From positions 310,001 to 374,000 of the forward strand of contig CT868119.1 of assembly GCA_000165425.1 (NCBI GenBank): 64,000 nt of DNA. The letters run 5' to 3'. A program made the position numbers and the translations under genes. Source of the DNA: Paramecium tetraurelia. Its lineage: Eukaryota. Below, piece after piece: positions 1 through 12,900 of the stretch. Positions within the stretch are counted from its first letter, which is position 1. The number at the start of each line of letters is the position of its first letter. The notes under the pieces are model-generated. The model saw only the letters and a program-made list of their open reading frames with translations. It did not search any database and was not told the DNA's origin.

Positions 1-1
1 A

Positions 2-145
2 AATTTGCTTTGGACAAAGGAAGCAGATGAAGCCTTAAATGCTTACTTTATCGAGGAAAACTAATTTGAAAAACAAAAATTAAGAGCAATCCTACATGGA
101 GAAGAGTAGATATAAAAGAGAAAGGAATGGTTATATGGAAAATGA
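2..145 (+). CDS. 3' end of a hypothetical protein (runs off the left edge of the window)
   Basis: Open frame with TAR=Gln (NLLWTKEADEALNAYFIEENQFEKQKLRAILHGEEQIQKRKEWLYGK), TGA at 143-145, then an AT-rich gap to the convergent prohibitin gene. Confidence 0.5.
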
Positions 146-200
146 GAGTAGTAGTTTAACAGAATTAATGATTCTTATCAAATAAATTTTAATAACAAAC

Positions 201-1081
201 TCATTTATGTGCAGTAGCATCCATTTTAAGAATATCAGATGGCAACATGATGTGATTTCTAGATTCAGCTAAAATAGCAGATATCTCTCTTGCATATTCA
301 ATCCTTCTGACATCCAAGAAGGCTAAAAGAACATTAAAATACAAAATACCTGGATTAGTTAAGGCAGATTTTCCTACTAATTCAATAGATTTAGCTTCTC
401 CCAAGGCCTTGATTACAATACTTTTCTTGGCTTCTCTTGCTTATTCGACAACAAACTTGGCTCTTTCAGCTTCTTATTGAGCAACTTATTTAGCTTCAAC
501 TGCTTCCAAATATTCTTTTCCAAAAGTGAGTTCTGTAATTGATACATCGTCGATTGCAATTTTGAATTAGGCTGCTCTTTAATCTAGGGCTTGTCTGATT
601 TTGAATGAAACCTAATCTCTTTGACTCATCAATTAGGAGGCAGTATATTAGGCCACAACAGATCTCATAGTTTCATTAACAATGGAAGGTAACACTTTTT
701 CATCATAATCAATTCCCAAATTTCTATAAATGGTTGGAAGATCATCACTGTAAGGTCTATGGAGTACTCTGAGAGTCAATAGAACATTTTGCATATCTTT
801 TAGAATATTTTAAAAAGGGGGATACCTCTATTGGCTGTATTGGCCTTGATTTGTCTTGGTCTTGTCTGGATATTATAATCAATGGGGGTCTCGAAGTAGG
901 GAATTCTGAAATGCCATCCTTCCTTGTACTTTTCTTCTTGGAGTCCGAAAAACTTGCTGAATTTGATAGCACAATGTCCAGGCTCAACAGTGAAAAAGCA
1001 ATTTTTAACCAAGAAAATGCCGAAAATACCTGCTGTTCCAAGACTCATAAGCATTTTTAAGGATTCTACTTAGGCAGCCAT
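201..1081 (-). CDS. PHB2: Prohibitin (PHB2-like, SPFH/band 7 family)
   Basis: Spliced translation includes [42 protein letters not shown] and [18 protein letters not shown]. Introns at 797-825 and 323-349. Confidence 0.93.
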
Positions 1082-1123
1082 CTATCTAAGATTATATTTG
1101 TGTTGGAAATTTAATTAATTAAA

Positions 1124-3532
1124 ATGGGGGTACCCGCATTCTTCAGATGGCTTTGTGCCAGAAATCCAAAGGCTCTATTGGAAGTCTTGGAAAACTCAGA
1201 TGAATCCTGCTTGTCAAACAACCCAGATATTGATAATCTCTACCTTGATATGAATGGAATCATCCATCCCTGCTCTCATCCTGACTAAGGAGGCATTCCA
1301 ATTCCAGTCACATATGATGACATGTTTGTGAATGTATTTCACTACATAGATCGTTTAGTTGATATTGTTCGTCCAAAGGAATTGATATATATGGCCATAG
1401 ATGGTGTTGCCCCAAGAGCCAAATTAAATTAGCAAAGAAGTTTAAAAATACAATAAATCTATATAGGTCGTAGATTTAGAGCAGCCTAAGAATCCATTCG
1501 AATTCAGAAAGAAAAGGAACGTTTACGAGATTACTGGCGAACTTAAGGCTTAAATTCGGACGCTTTAAAATACATATATTGAGAAAAACTTTGATAGTAA
1601 CTAAATTACTCCAGGAACTGAATTTATGCAAAAGTTGAATATTGCCTTGCAGTATTACATTTATGATAGAATGAACAATGTAACAATAAATTTCATCTAA
1701 TATTAGAATCCTCTATTTAGAAATGTTCTCATAATTTTCAATGATTCAAGTATCCCAGGAGAGGGAGAACGACAAAATCCTTTAATTTGTTAGAGATCAA
1801 AGAAAACAAATGAATTATAAAACAGTTAGACATTGTTTGTATGGAGCAGATGCTGATTTAATTATGTTGGGTTTGAGTACACACGAACCATACTTCTATG
1901 TGATAAGAGAAACAATTATGGCTAATGATGATAAACAATGTTCCATTTGTTAATAAAAAGGTCATTTCTTTACCGATTGTAAAAAGAGAGAGAAGGTGAT
2001 TGATGATTTGAATGGAGAAATTAAGTAATATAATTAGATTCAATAACAGCAAAAGAATAAATTAATTTAAGTTGATTTTCAAATATTGCAACTTAATATT
2101 GTTAGGGAATTCTTATATTTTGAGACTCGAGATTTACAAGCTTCACTGAAAGGGTAATATGATTTAGAAAGGATCATTGATGATTTTGTATTTATGTGTT
2201 TTTTAGTCGGAAATGATTTTCTACCTCATATTCCTTGCTTGAAAATAACTGAAGGGGGTATTGATTGTCTACTGATTATATATAATAACAATTCTATCAA
2301 AAATAGGAGATTATTTAACAAATTGTGGGGAATTGAATTTGTAATAGATGAATTAATTTCTATTTCATGTTGGATTAATTGAAGATGAACTCATTAAAGG
2401 TCAAGAGAAAAAGAAGGAGATAGTTAAGAATAGAAGAGAAAGAAATGCAGAAATGAAGGAATAAAAGGTTTTGACTGCTCCTGAGTTTAGTATTGTAGAT
2501 ACATAGAAGGAGATTCTATCTAAATTTAAATCTGCATTGAAAGATAAATTGACAGAAATTAATCAATAGGAAATTGATTAAGCATAATCAGCAAAATCAT
2601 CCCAAGAATTGAAAAAATGGAAATCTGTTAGTTACAAGTAAAGATACTACTAAGAGAAATTTGGAATAAAACCTACTTAATTTAGCGAGTTTCAACATAG
2701 AATAAAGATATCTTATTTGGAAGCATTGGCATGGACATTAAAATATTATTATCAAGGATGTGTAGATTGGGGATGGTTCTATCCTTATCATTATGCACCC
2801 TTTGCATAAGATCTGACTAATTTAGATTAATGTATGTTTGAATTTTCATTGAATACTCCTTTTAAGCCATATTAATAATTATTAGCAGTATTACCACCTT
2901 AATCAGCTTAATTTCTACCTAGACCCTATTAATAATTGATGTTAGAATCCTCATCTTCTATAGCTGATTTCTATCCAACAGATTTTGTCGTAGATTTGAA
3001 AGGCAAGAAATTTGCATGGCTAGGAGAGGTAGTATTACCATTTGTTGATGCTGATAGACTAATAAGTGCAAGTAATATTGGTGTTAATCTATCTAAATTG
3101 GAATAAGAAAGAGATAGATTAGGATAAACATTAATCTTTAGTTTGAAAAAACATGAAATCTTTAATTTCTAATAGTGTCATATCTAAGCTTAAGTTGACT
3201 GGTTACCTCGCTTTCCAGTGGGAAGTGAAATCAAATCACCCATACCTACTATGGGAAACATTCTCAATAATTAAATTATATGTGGGGCCTTGTTGAAAAC
3301 AATGATTGAAAGTGATGCAACATTTATCTAGAATTAGATTAGGAAAGGGACTATTATGCCACCTGAGTTTTTGGATGAATATTACATGAATTAATGTGAG
3401 TAGAATAAGAGATCATTCGGAGGCGAAGCTGTCAGAAGAATAGTTTATTCTATATTAGGAGTCAAATAAGTAAGGAGATTAGACAGATCATAAGACGATT
3501 TTGATTAAATAAAAAAATAAACAAAATTATGA
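1124..3532 (+). CDS. XRN2: 5'-3' exoribonuclease, XRN2/Rat1 family; frame broken by three 1-nt insertions (sequencing error or young pseudogene)
   Basis: [74 protein letters not shown] knuckle [33 protein letters not shown]. Two 27-nt introns (1440-1466, 1680-1706). Frameshifts near 1570, 1771 and 2286. Confidence 0.88.
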
Positions 3533-4364
3533 TATTATTATTATTGAATTTGGGAATCATTTCCTAATATCTTGATGCATTTATTATTGTGATGTAGATA
3601 GTTAAAATGAAGGCTATCATTTATATCAATTTATCATACCAATAGATTTTATGCATTACACTTAATGATTAAATATATATATAAATAAATAATATGAATT
3701 TGTTAAAATATGAAATATATTGGAGTTAATTATTTTTGGATTGAATTTCAATAAAAAGAAAAGTTCAAAATTAGCAATTTATAAAATTATTTAAAAATAG
3801 AATTTTAGTAGGAACTAAAAATATATGATGATTTTATTTATGTATTAGTTAAACAATATAATAGAAAATTCAACGCTATTGGTTCCTTTTAATTGAAAAT
3901 TGCTAATTCACTTAAATCAAATAGAAATAAATCAAAAATTATTCCTTTCTACCTTGCTGTTATGCCCTTATACTAAAAATACAACCTGAGCATGTGAATA
4001 TGCATTGATTTATAAACGCAACATTTCGATTCCTCTAAGAATATTTATTGTTGCTATAATAGATCGATTTAAAATATATGAGAGGATAGGGTAATAAATT
4101 TCATGAGATATGAATTAGTGAAGGAATCATTAAGAATACTTACATTTTATGAAGTATTTCACTATTATTGAAAAAATTCAAATGAATATAAATTTACTCT
4201 ACTATATCAAACGCTGAGTTCAGTTTTTGAATAAAAAAATAATATTCGTTTGATTTTGAGTAGCAATCGAAATACAATTTGTTATTGTTGATTGATAATA
4301 AGGGGAGTTTTGATAAAGGGATATAATTATGATTGTTATTTATTTATTAATATATTGATCATAA

Positions 4365-4648
4365 TCAAATAAGGTCTTGAAAACCAAGTCTCTTTCTAAA
4401 ACTTATCACTTCTTCGCTTGATAATGTGCTATCATTTCTGTATTAGATTTCATCAAAATCTATAGTAAATTCAAAACTTTTATTTACTTCTTCTTCTGTA
4501 TTTTCTTCTTCTATTGTTGAGGAAATGTGTGCCCAATCTTGGATAACCTAATAATTCAAGATATTATTGTACTTGCCAACATCAATATGGGTACTGTGAA
4601 AATAGTGACATCGATGCCTAATCTAACATACCAAGGAATAGGTCTCAT
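4365..4648 (-). CDS. Small (~76 aa) protein with one hydrophobic segment, hypothetical
   Basis: Removing two canonical short introns gives MRPIPWYVRLGIDVTIFTVPILMLASYPRLGTHFLNNRRRKYRRRNFDEIQYRNDSTLSSEEVISFRKRLGFQDLI followed by TGA. Confidence 0.6.
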
Positions 4649-4668
4649 TGATAATATTTAATAAATTA

Positions 4669-5645
4669 ATGTAAAATAATAATTGTTTGTTTTGCGAAAA
4701 ACAAAGAATAGAAGGGACCATCCATTATCCCACTCTATTACAGACAGTACCAATCTAATTTATAAAGGCACTTTACTTGAAATATAATTCTCAAGATGAA
4801 ATGTCAATCGATGATCTGATTAAACATGCCCATAAGAAATGGGTTATAGATTTCTATGAGAAATCATAAGAAATATAGGATTAAGAGTTTCTTAAGAAAT
4901 ACTATGACAGAGAACATGGGATCGTTCCTAAACTAATTGATTTAACTGAATACTACAAATATAGTTTAGATACACCTAATCTATTTATGCTCCCATTGTT
5001 TAAGCTAATAAAAAACTACAATAAATTAAGAAAGTATCATCTTCAATATTTAGAGAGTATCATTACACAAAAATCAAATACAAATTAAAAATATTGGTGC
5101 CTCAAAATGGCATTAAGGTTGATAAAAAATATACTCAATTATTGCAATTGACGATGAGCAACCAAGAAGATGAATAGTAATCTTTGATTTCACTCTTAAA
5201 TAAATTCTAACCATAATAAATAGCTATCCCTAAATAACTAAAATCATATACTCAATAATCATGTATATAGACTACTAAGTTGCATACGAAACCCCTGATT
5301 AAAAAGAGTGAATAAGCAAGCTACAAACTTAAGTCAATTGTAAATGGGGATATAGTGTAACAACAACCTTAATTATTGTCTCAATAATAATAATATTAAT
5401 TATAAAGGAGAACATAATCAAAATCTCATTCGAATATTAAATTTCATACACTTCAAAGTGTAAATAACAATTCAAAAAAACAGAGTATTGCTTACAATAA
5501 ATCAAATCTGTAACCCATTAAAACTCTGGGACAAAGCAAAATAGGATCTCAAGCGGATATAATCAGCAATATTTAAATATAGAACACCAATTCTATAGGT
5601 AAAACCAGATCAAGAAGAAAATTAATTTAATTATTTTATAAATGA
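4669..5645 (+). CDS. Hypothetical protein (motif EFLKKYY...LTEYYKY, Q/S-rich tail)
   Basis: About 320 codons open with TAR=Gln after removing one 20-nt intron (gtatcatcttcaatatttag). TGA at 5643-5645. Confidence 0.7.
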
Positions 5646-6672
5646 TTATATTATTTGCATAATTTTTACTTTCAGTTTAAGCAATTTACATCTTACACAC
5701 CAAAGGAATTTCAATAAGTCAATTAGATTATTTTGTAATTGAGTTGAATCAAATTGATTATAAAGTGAAGTCACAAATTGCACATAATGGATCATTTACA
5801 ATATCCAAACTTTATTAGGATTCTGCTTTATTTGATATATTCATCCTAGATTAACCTGGTTATACTTGTTATTTATAAGCCTATTACAATAGTTCTTGGG
5901 AAACAGAATGTTTTTTCTTGTTTAATTAGAGTTAAACAAGTCTCAATAATTTTGAATATGAGCAAAAGTATATAGTAGCAGATGCACAACGATATTTGGT
6001 TATAGATAACACTCCATTCCCTCAAAATGGAGCTTATTTTGCTGATAGATTGTATTTGCAATTGGATTATATATAATTGATCTAACCAATACCTACCTAT
6101 TATCAAGTTACCATAAAAAGTATATTATGCCATAAAAAAAATAGTAACAATTGTATTTGTAGGAGTGTTAATTTGTTTTAGTATTTGGTGTTTGATATTG
6201 AGTTTAAAGTATAGAAAAGAAACAAAACACAAGGAATCCATAGAAAGGAATAAATTAAATAATACCTTATCACCCTTAAAGTAATATAAATGATTTATCG
6301 AATTCAAAATATATTGCATCTCTTTATTTTTAATTATATTATAAATTTCATACGTCACCATTTATTTGTATAAATCAGTTATGAAATATCAAATTACATA
6401 CATTTTGGAAATGGATGATTAGTTTTATATACAAACCAAATAGCAATTTGAAAATCTCTTAGTTTACAAAGGTGGATGTGTTTCAAATTATATTCTAAGT
6501 TAAAATAAACAAATAAGAAATTAATGATTTTTAATCTTTATTGATTTTAAAGAGAAACAAGTTACAGTTTAATATTGTGCTCTTGTACAAGAGAAAATTA
6601 TTAATTAATTCTACAAAGATTTATCACTAAAATAATAATGTATATTGATATTTAATATATAAAATTAAAGTT

Positions 6673-8395
6673 ATGGGTTGTTTATAACCAAAAAAGCTAA
6701 ATAGGATAGTGGCAATGCAAACAACCAATAAAGATCTCGTATTCACATCTACCGCGGATATTCACAAACTTTATTCTTTTGGTAAAGTATTAGGGATAGG
6801 TGCTTTTGGTAAGGTATTGGTTGCCAAAATGAGAAACAACAATTCGAAACAATATGCAATTAAAATGATCGACAAGCGGAAAGTAAGAGGGAGAGAAGCA
6901 ATGTTGGCAAATGAGATCTACGTCCTTCAGAAGTTAGATCATCCCAATATAATTAAATTTTATGAAGTTTATCAAAATGAACTTTACTTTTACATAATTA
7001 TGGATTATTGTGAAGGTGGAGAATTGGTAGAACGGATATAAAAAAGTCAAAAAAATCTTAGTGAAGGTCAGGTGCAGAACATTATATTTAAAGTAAATAT
7101 TGAAAGTAAACCGAGATCTGTTCAGCAATCATGTATATCCATGAATAGGGCATCATCCATCGAGATATCAAACCTGAGAATATTTTGTTTTCGACCAAAG
7201 ATCCAAATGCAGAACCTAAATTAATAGATTTTGGATTGGCTATAAAATTTGACTCTAGCAATCTTAAGTATGCGAAAATTCAATTATTTAGACAATTAAA
7301 AGCAGCTGTAGGCACTCCTTTGTATTTGGCACCTGAAGTTATCGAAGGCAAGTATAATGAAAAGTGCGATGTTTGGAGTCTTGGCATTTTACTCTTTCAT
7401 CTATTGTGTGGCTATCCACCCTTTTATGGAAAAAATAGAACGGATCTTTATGAAAATATCTAATATCAAAATGTAAAGGTTTTGCTCTCTAATTTTAGTT
7501 AATTTTTGATAGGAGACATTGGAATAATGTTAGTGAAGAAGCTAAAGATTTAATTAAGAAAATGTTGAATAAAAATCATAATATTAGACCAAGTGCAAAG
7601 GATTGTCTTCGTCATTCTTGGTTCCGTAAAAAATTTCAAAATCCTGTCAAATTGTAAAGAGGGAGGAGTACTATAATTTCAATGAAATCACCTTAATCAG
7701 AAGATTAAAGATCCATCTATTAAATGTTGAAAACATATAGAATAGGAGCTAAATTTAAGAAAGAAGTAATGAAGGTGTTAGTAAATTAAATGAACGAGAA
7801 AGAATTGGGGAGATTAAAACAAGTATTTTAAAAAATAGATGTCGATAATTCAGGAACTATAACTGTGTAAGAATTGAAAGAGGCATTGTTGGAGGAAGTA
7901 TAACTAATATTTAAATTTAGGGATCGCAAATATCTCATGAAGAAATAGAATAATTGATATAACTTGTGGGATTTGAGGTTTTTGAAGAGGATAAAGATGA
8001 TAACGATTGTGCATCTACAACCAAATCTAGCAAGCCACTTGTAATCAAATATAGTGATTTTCTGGCTGCATGTGTAGATGAAAGAAGAGTGTTAACCAGA
8101 GAAAAAGTAGTCAATATTATTATTATCTTAGTTGTGGTCTGTATTCAAATATTTTGATACTCAAGATGTGAATTTCATTATGAAAGAAGATATCAAAGAA
8201 GCATTAGCTAGACATGGGAGATAGTTATCAGATGAGAAAATAGAAGAGATGATTTATGAGATCGATCCTAATCACGATAACAAAATTAGTTTTGAGGAGT
8301 TCTGTTAAATGATGGGTGTTGCTGGAGTTGAATAAACTATGGATTTTAAGGATGAGGTAAAAGAGCAATAAATTTTTCATCAATCTCCAGAATGA
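6673..8395 (+). CDS. Calcium-dependent protein kinase (CDPK): kinase domain plus EF-hands
   Basis: N-terminal MGC acylation motif; GIGAFGKV, YAIKMI, HRDIKPEN, DFG, GTPLYLAPE, DVWSLG; EF-hands DVDNSGTITVQEL and DPNHDNKISFEEF; several short introns. Confidence 0.93.
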
Positions 8396-8656
8396 TTCTT
8401 AATTGTTTATTTTTTCATATTATTTAAATCATGATAACCAAAACTATTCTCAACTTCTTTATTTCAAAATACTAATACAGAATATAACTTAAATTAACCA
8501 AAAATTATATATACACTTAATAGATAATTTTAGAACAAGTTTAATATTAGATAATAGCAAATAAATTTGTAAAATATGACATCAAATATATGTCATATTA
8601 TTATGAAATATGACTTTTTATTATTTTATTATTCCTACCTTAAATCAATATATTAT

Positions 8657-10198
8657 ATGGTATTCATTATTCTCATCCTGCTACTTGGAGGAAGTTAATC
8701 ATAAGGATGTCAACCTTACGGTGTTAGATTATTTTTAGGACATTATTTTAGTTACCTGAGAAATAGCTAAGATCTAATCAGAGTAGTCTTCAATACAGAA
8801 GTATATGAAATGTTTTGATAATTTTAGAAAGAATGCAAAGACTAGTTTATACTTGAGTTAGTTGATAATAAACTAGGTCACAAATTAATGATTTCATAAA
8901 TCACATACTACGATACTCAATTACTAAACATGACATAGATATATGAAAAGAATGAGACTACCCATTTTACTTATGAGACTTTCATTCATACATTTAAAGT
9001 TGGATTAAATAATATAGATCTCAATGCATCAACAACTTATGATTACACTATAATTTCTAAATAAAATTAAATATTATCCGGTCCACATAGGTTTGATATT
9101 CCCTGGGCTGAGAGCGAATAAAAAATGATAGTGTTTGGAGATATGGACTCAAATTGGGTGTAAAATTATTCAAAGGACACTTTCGATTGGTTGGAAAATT
9201 AGGTAAAAGCTGATAAACGATATGATACGGTCCTATTTACAGGGGATATGGCATATGATTTGGAATCAAAAAATTGTCAATAAGGAGACAATTGGCTCAG
9301 AAATCTTTCGGTATTTACTAGTAGGTATCCCTTTATGGCAGCACCTGGCAATCATGATTGGGGGAATAATACTTATTTCGACTTCTTTAGAGCAAACTTT
9401 GGATCCTTGTTCTTAAAGGAATACAACACTTAACACTATCTTAATGATTTCTTTAGTTTTGATGTGGGAATGGTTCATTTCATATAGTTTAATCCAATAA
9501 AGGCAGTCTACCAAAATGACATCTATAACATCACACCTTTAATAGTCGAACAAATGAGAAACGATTTGATTCAAGCAAATTATAATAGAGAGAAGGTCCC
9601 ATGGATTATAGTGTATACTCATTATCCCATATATTGTGCAGTTCCAAAAAATGATCAATGCATAAACAATTTTAAGTACTTATCAGCATTTGAGGATATG
9701 CTTGTTGAATTCAAAGTAGATCTATATCTAAGTGGTCATGTTCATACTTATCAAAGAAATAAACCATATTATAAAAATACTACTGCAAAATACATATAGA
9801 AAGATAACATCATTTCATAATATTAATACCCAGTGTAGATAATTGAGGGTGCAGGGGGAACAGATTATGGAGAATAAAATTCCACTTATCCAGATAGTCC
9901 GTTTATGGAGATACAAAACCCCAATCATGGAGTAGGAATAATCACGGTGAAAAACTCTACGCATTTGTATTTTGAACATATAACTGTGGCTGATAATAAA
10001 GTCATAGATTCTATTTGGTTGGACCGTTCTAGTGATAAAACTAAAACAACAACTCGGGATGGTTTTGAAGTTGCTATGTGGGTAATCTTTTCTGTTTTAA
10101 TTGTTATTACTGGTGTTTCTATATATTACAAATCAAATCAAGGAAAAAAGCTCAAAAGTAAACTCTTAGAAGAAACAGTAACTATGGTTGTCACTTGA
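8657..10198 (+). CDS. Purple acid phosphatase-type metallophosphoesterase, signal peptide plus C-terminal TM (copy 1)
   Basis: Hydrophobic N-terminus; motifs FGDMD, GDMAYD, PGNHD, YTHYP, SGHVHTYQR; C-terminal TM VAMWVIFSVLIVITGVSIYY; intron 8801-8827. Confidence 0.9.
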
Positions 10199-10614
10199 TT
10201 GGTTATCTAATGATTTCTTTTATTAAGTAATAAATATTTACGAAATGTAAAGAATAATTTTTAAATTCATATTAAATTCAAATTTCTCAATTTTACAAGT
10301 TCGTTCCAAATCACATATAATTTTCTTTCGAATAAATTCTAATAAAAAAAGAAAAGCGATCTAAAAATATATGAGTGTGATTATGTCAATAATGTAACAA
10401 TAGAAATATAAAAGATATGATAATACCAATCCATTCTGAATAATTAATTACCATTAATAACACTGAATTATAAATGCCTTTGATTATTTAATGGTTATCT
10501 TTAATTGTGATTACTTTAATGTCTGAATTATTTGATTCTAAATATAGATGTATAATAGGAATTATTACTCAACAATTTAATTTAGTAAGTAATTGGGTTT
10601 ATAATTATTTATAA

Positions 10615-12900
10615 ATGTTATATTTATTTATCATCATCATTCTATAATAATTACTAATAACTCAACAATGTTAGATATTTAATGAGAAAATACTGCTTGG
10701 AGATTATTATACAAATAATGGTTCAATTTTGGCAGTGATCGAATTCAAGTCTTATGTATAATTATTTAATGAAAGCAGGAATTTTGTGAAATACCAATTA
10801 AAATCAATTTGATCTAACTTAGATATGAGAGCAGTTTTATTGATCAATAGTATTATGTTTATACAGTTCCCATCGAATCACACTTTATGATTAAGTTCAA
10901 TATGGATAACAACGTAACATTAGGCGACTTGTAATTGACACTAAGATTACCAAAAAAATATGGAAGAGAATCGATATCTATTGTGGAGAAGGAAGGAAGT
11001 TATTAACTAATAAACAATAACTCAATATTTAATGTTCCACCTTTCGAAGCTACAAAAAGTATAAATGTGGAGTCCATTCATTATATACTAATAAACAGAT
11101 GTGAAATTGGTAAGGTTATTAAAGATTTACAAAAACCATTTGGTAAATGGACTCTACTAATTGGCAAATACTCATGTATGAAGAAATTGAGTCTTCTGAA
11201 ATATGATGCATATATCCAAATTGGTGAGAATCATTTTATTACATTTCTTTAGACTAATTAGTAATTTTCAGAAAATGTAATAAAAATGACCTTCCTTATA
11301 CACAACGATAATAAATTAGAATATAATTATTATTTTAATGAAGAATTAGTTTAATAAGAATTTGTAGTAAAGAACACATTACAGCAACCTGGTCCTGAAA
11401 GTGATTGTTTACCATATGGATAAAGAATAAGTTTAGGATATTATTATACAAATTACAACGATTCAAATGAATTAATTAATATTGCTTATAATACCTTAGT
11501 AATTACAAATTGTATAATTTTAGTCTAATTGTCCAAGTGGATTTCTACATATTTATGATAATGACAATGTAGATTAATTGGTATCACTCTCTGAAATTAG
11601 AACCTTGAATATGAGTTAGATTTATGAGAATACACCCTACACTTTCACCTATGTGACATATATAAATATTGTGTCTTTAAACTAGTCTATTCTACCAAAA
11701 TTAGGATAAATATATAATTATCAGATTTATGGAGATATAAATTAAGAGAGCGAGACATATTAATTTAAAGTACCTTTGAAAGAACCTGACAACTAAATAC
11801 ACAAGATAATATTCTTTGGAGACATGGATTCTAATTGGACTGGAAATAAATCCAAATAAACATTTGATTGGTTTTAGTCCATCCAAAATAATTAAAGTGA
11901 TTATGATGTACTCATATTTGAAGGAGATATGGCATATGATTTGGAATCCTTAGATTGTTAATAAGGTGATTTTTGGTTGAGGAATATGACTACTTTTACA
12001 TCATATTATCCATTATTGCCAACTCCTGGAAATCATGATTCTGGTGACAATTATGAATTTGACTTCTATAGAGTCTCATTTTTATCCCCAGAAAAACCAT
12101 ATAACACAAAGGAGAATTATTACAATTTTTACAGTGTTGATTTGGGGTTAGTTCATTACATATTCTATAATCCAACAAATATTGTGTATGATGAATGCAA
12201 TTAGACTGAAATCGATATTATGGTTTCTATTATGGAAAATGATCTGATAGAGGCAACAAAGAACAGAGATAAAATACCCTGGATTATTGTAAATAGTCAT
12301 TATCCTATGTATTGCAGTGACGCAACTGATCCTATGTGTTCATCTAACTTTATTGCACTCAATCCATTTGCAGAATTATTCACCAAATATGGAGTTGCAA
12401 TTTACATGTCTGCTCATTAACACAATTATGAGAGAGATGCTCCATTTATATATAATAAATCATAGATCAATACAGGTCTTATAACTGATGGTCCAGAACA
12501 ACATTTAATCATGAATTCAGCAGCTCCAGTGTATGTTATTGAAGGTTCTGCAGGTTAAGAGTATTTTACACCACTTGTGCCTTGTAATTATTAATTATTT
12601 ATTGAATATAGATCCAGCATAACCATACACAGTATATTAGACTGGCTATAACGATGGAGTAGGCATTCTATCTATTTATAATGAGACTCATTTGTATTTT
12701 GAATAAATAGATCTTATTGAGAATAGAGTAGTGGATTATTTTTGGGTAGTACAATCAAGAGGACTTGCTAGTGAGAGGACATTCAATATATTATTATGGG
12801 TCATAATGGCATTTGCTATGGTTTTGGTTATTGGGTTGGCTGTCTTTTATGTGATGAGAAGGTAAATGATAAAGGAGAAATTAATAAATTGATCCTTTGA
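10615..12900 (+). CDS. Purple acid phosphatase-type protein (copy 2) with an extra degenerate N-terminal PAP-like module
   Basis: Signal peptide; C-terminal part has FGDMD, EGDMAYD, PGNHD, NSHYP, SAHQHNYER and a TM helix; about 250 extra N-terminal residues; three short introns. Confidence 0.88.

Noticed and set aside
757..1060. ORF-track entries 757..1041(-) and 851..1060(+), and similar shadow ORFs elsewhere (e.g. 13460..13675, 43880..44167, 61709..62011)
   Set aside because: They are alternative-frame or antisense shadows of well-supported genes and have no independent motifs.
1560..1585. Euplotes-type programmed +1 frameshift in XRN2
   Set aside because: There is no AAA-stop motif at the shift, TAA/TAG are sense codons here, and the other two shifts have unrelated contexts.
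3533..4364. Possible small gene between XRN2 and the microprotein
   Set aside because: Only short frames interrupted by TGA; no supportable model.
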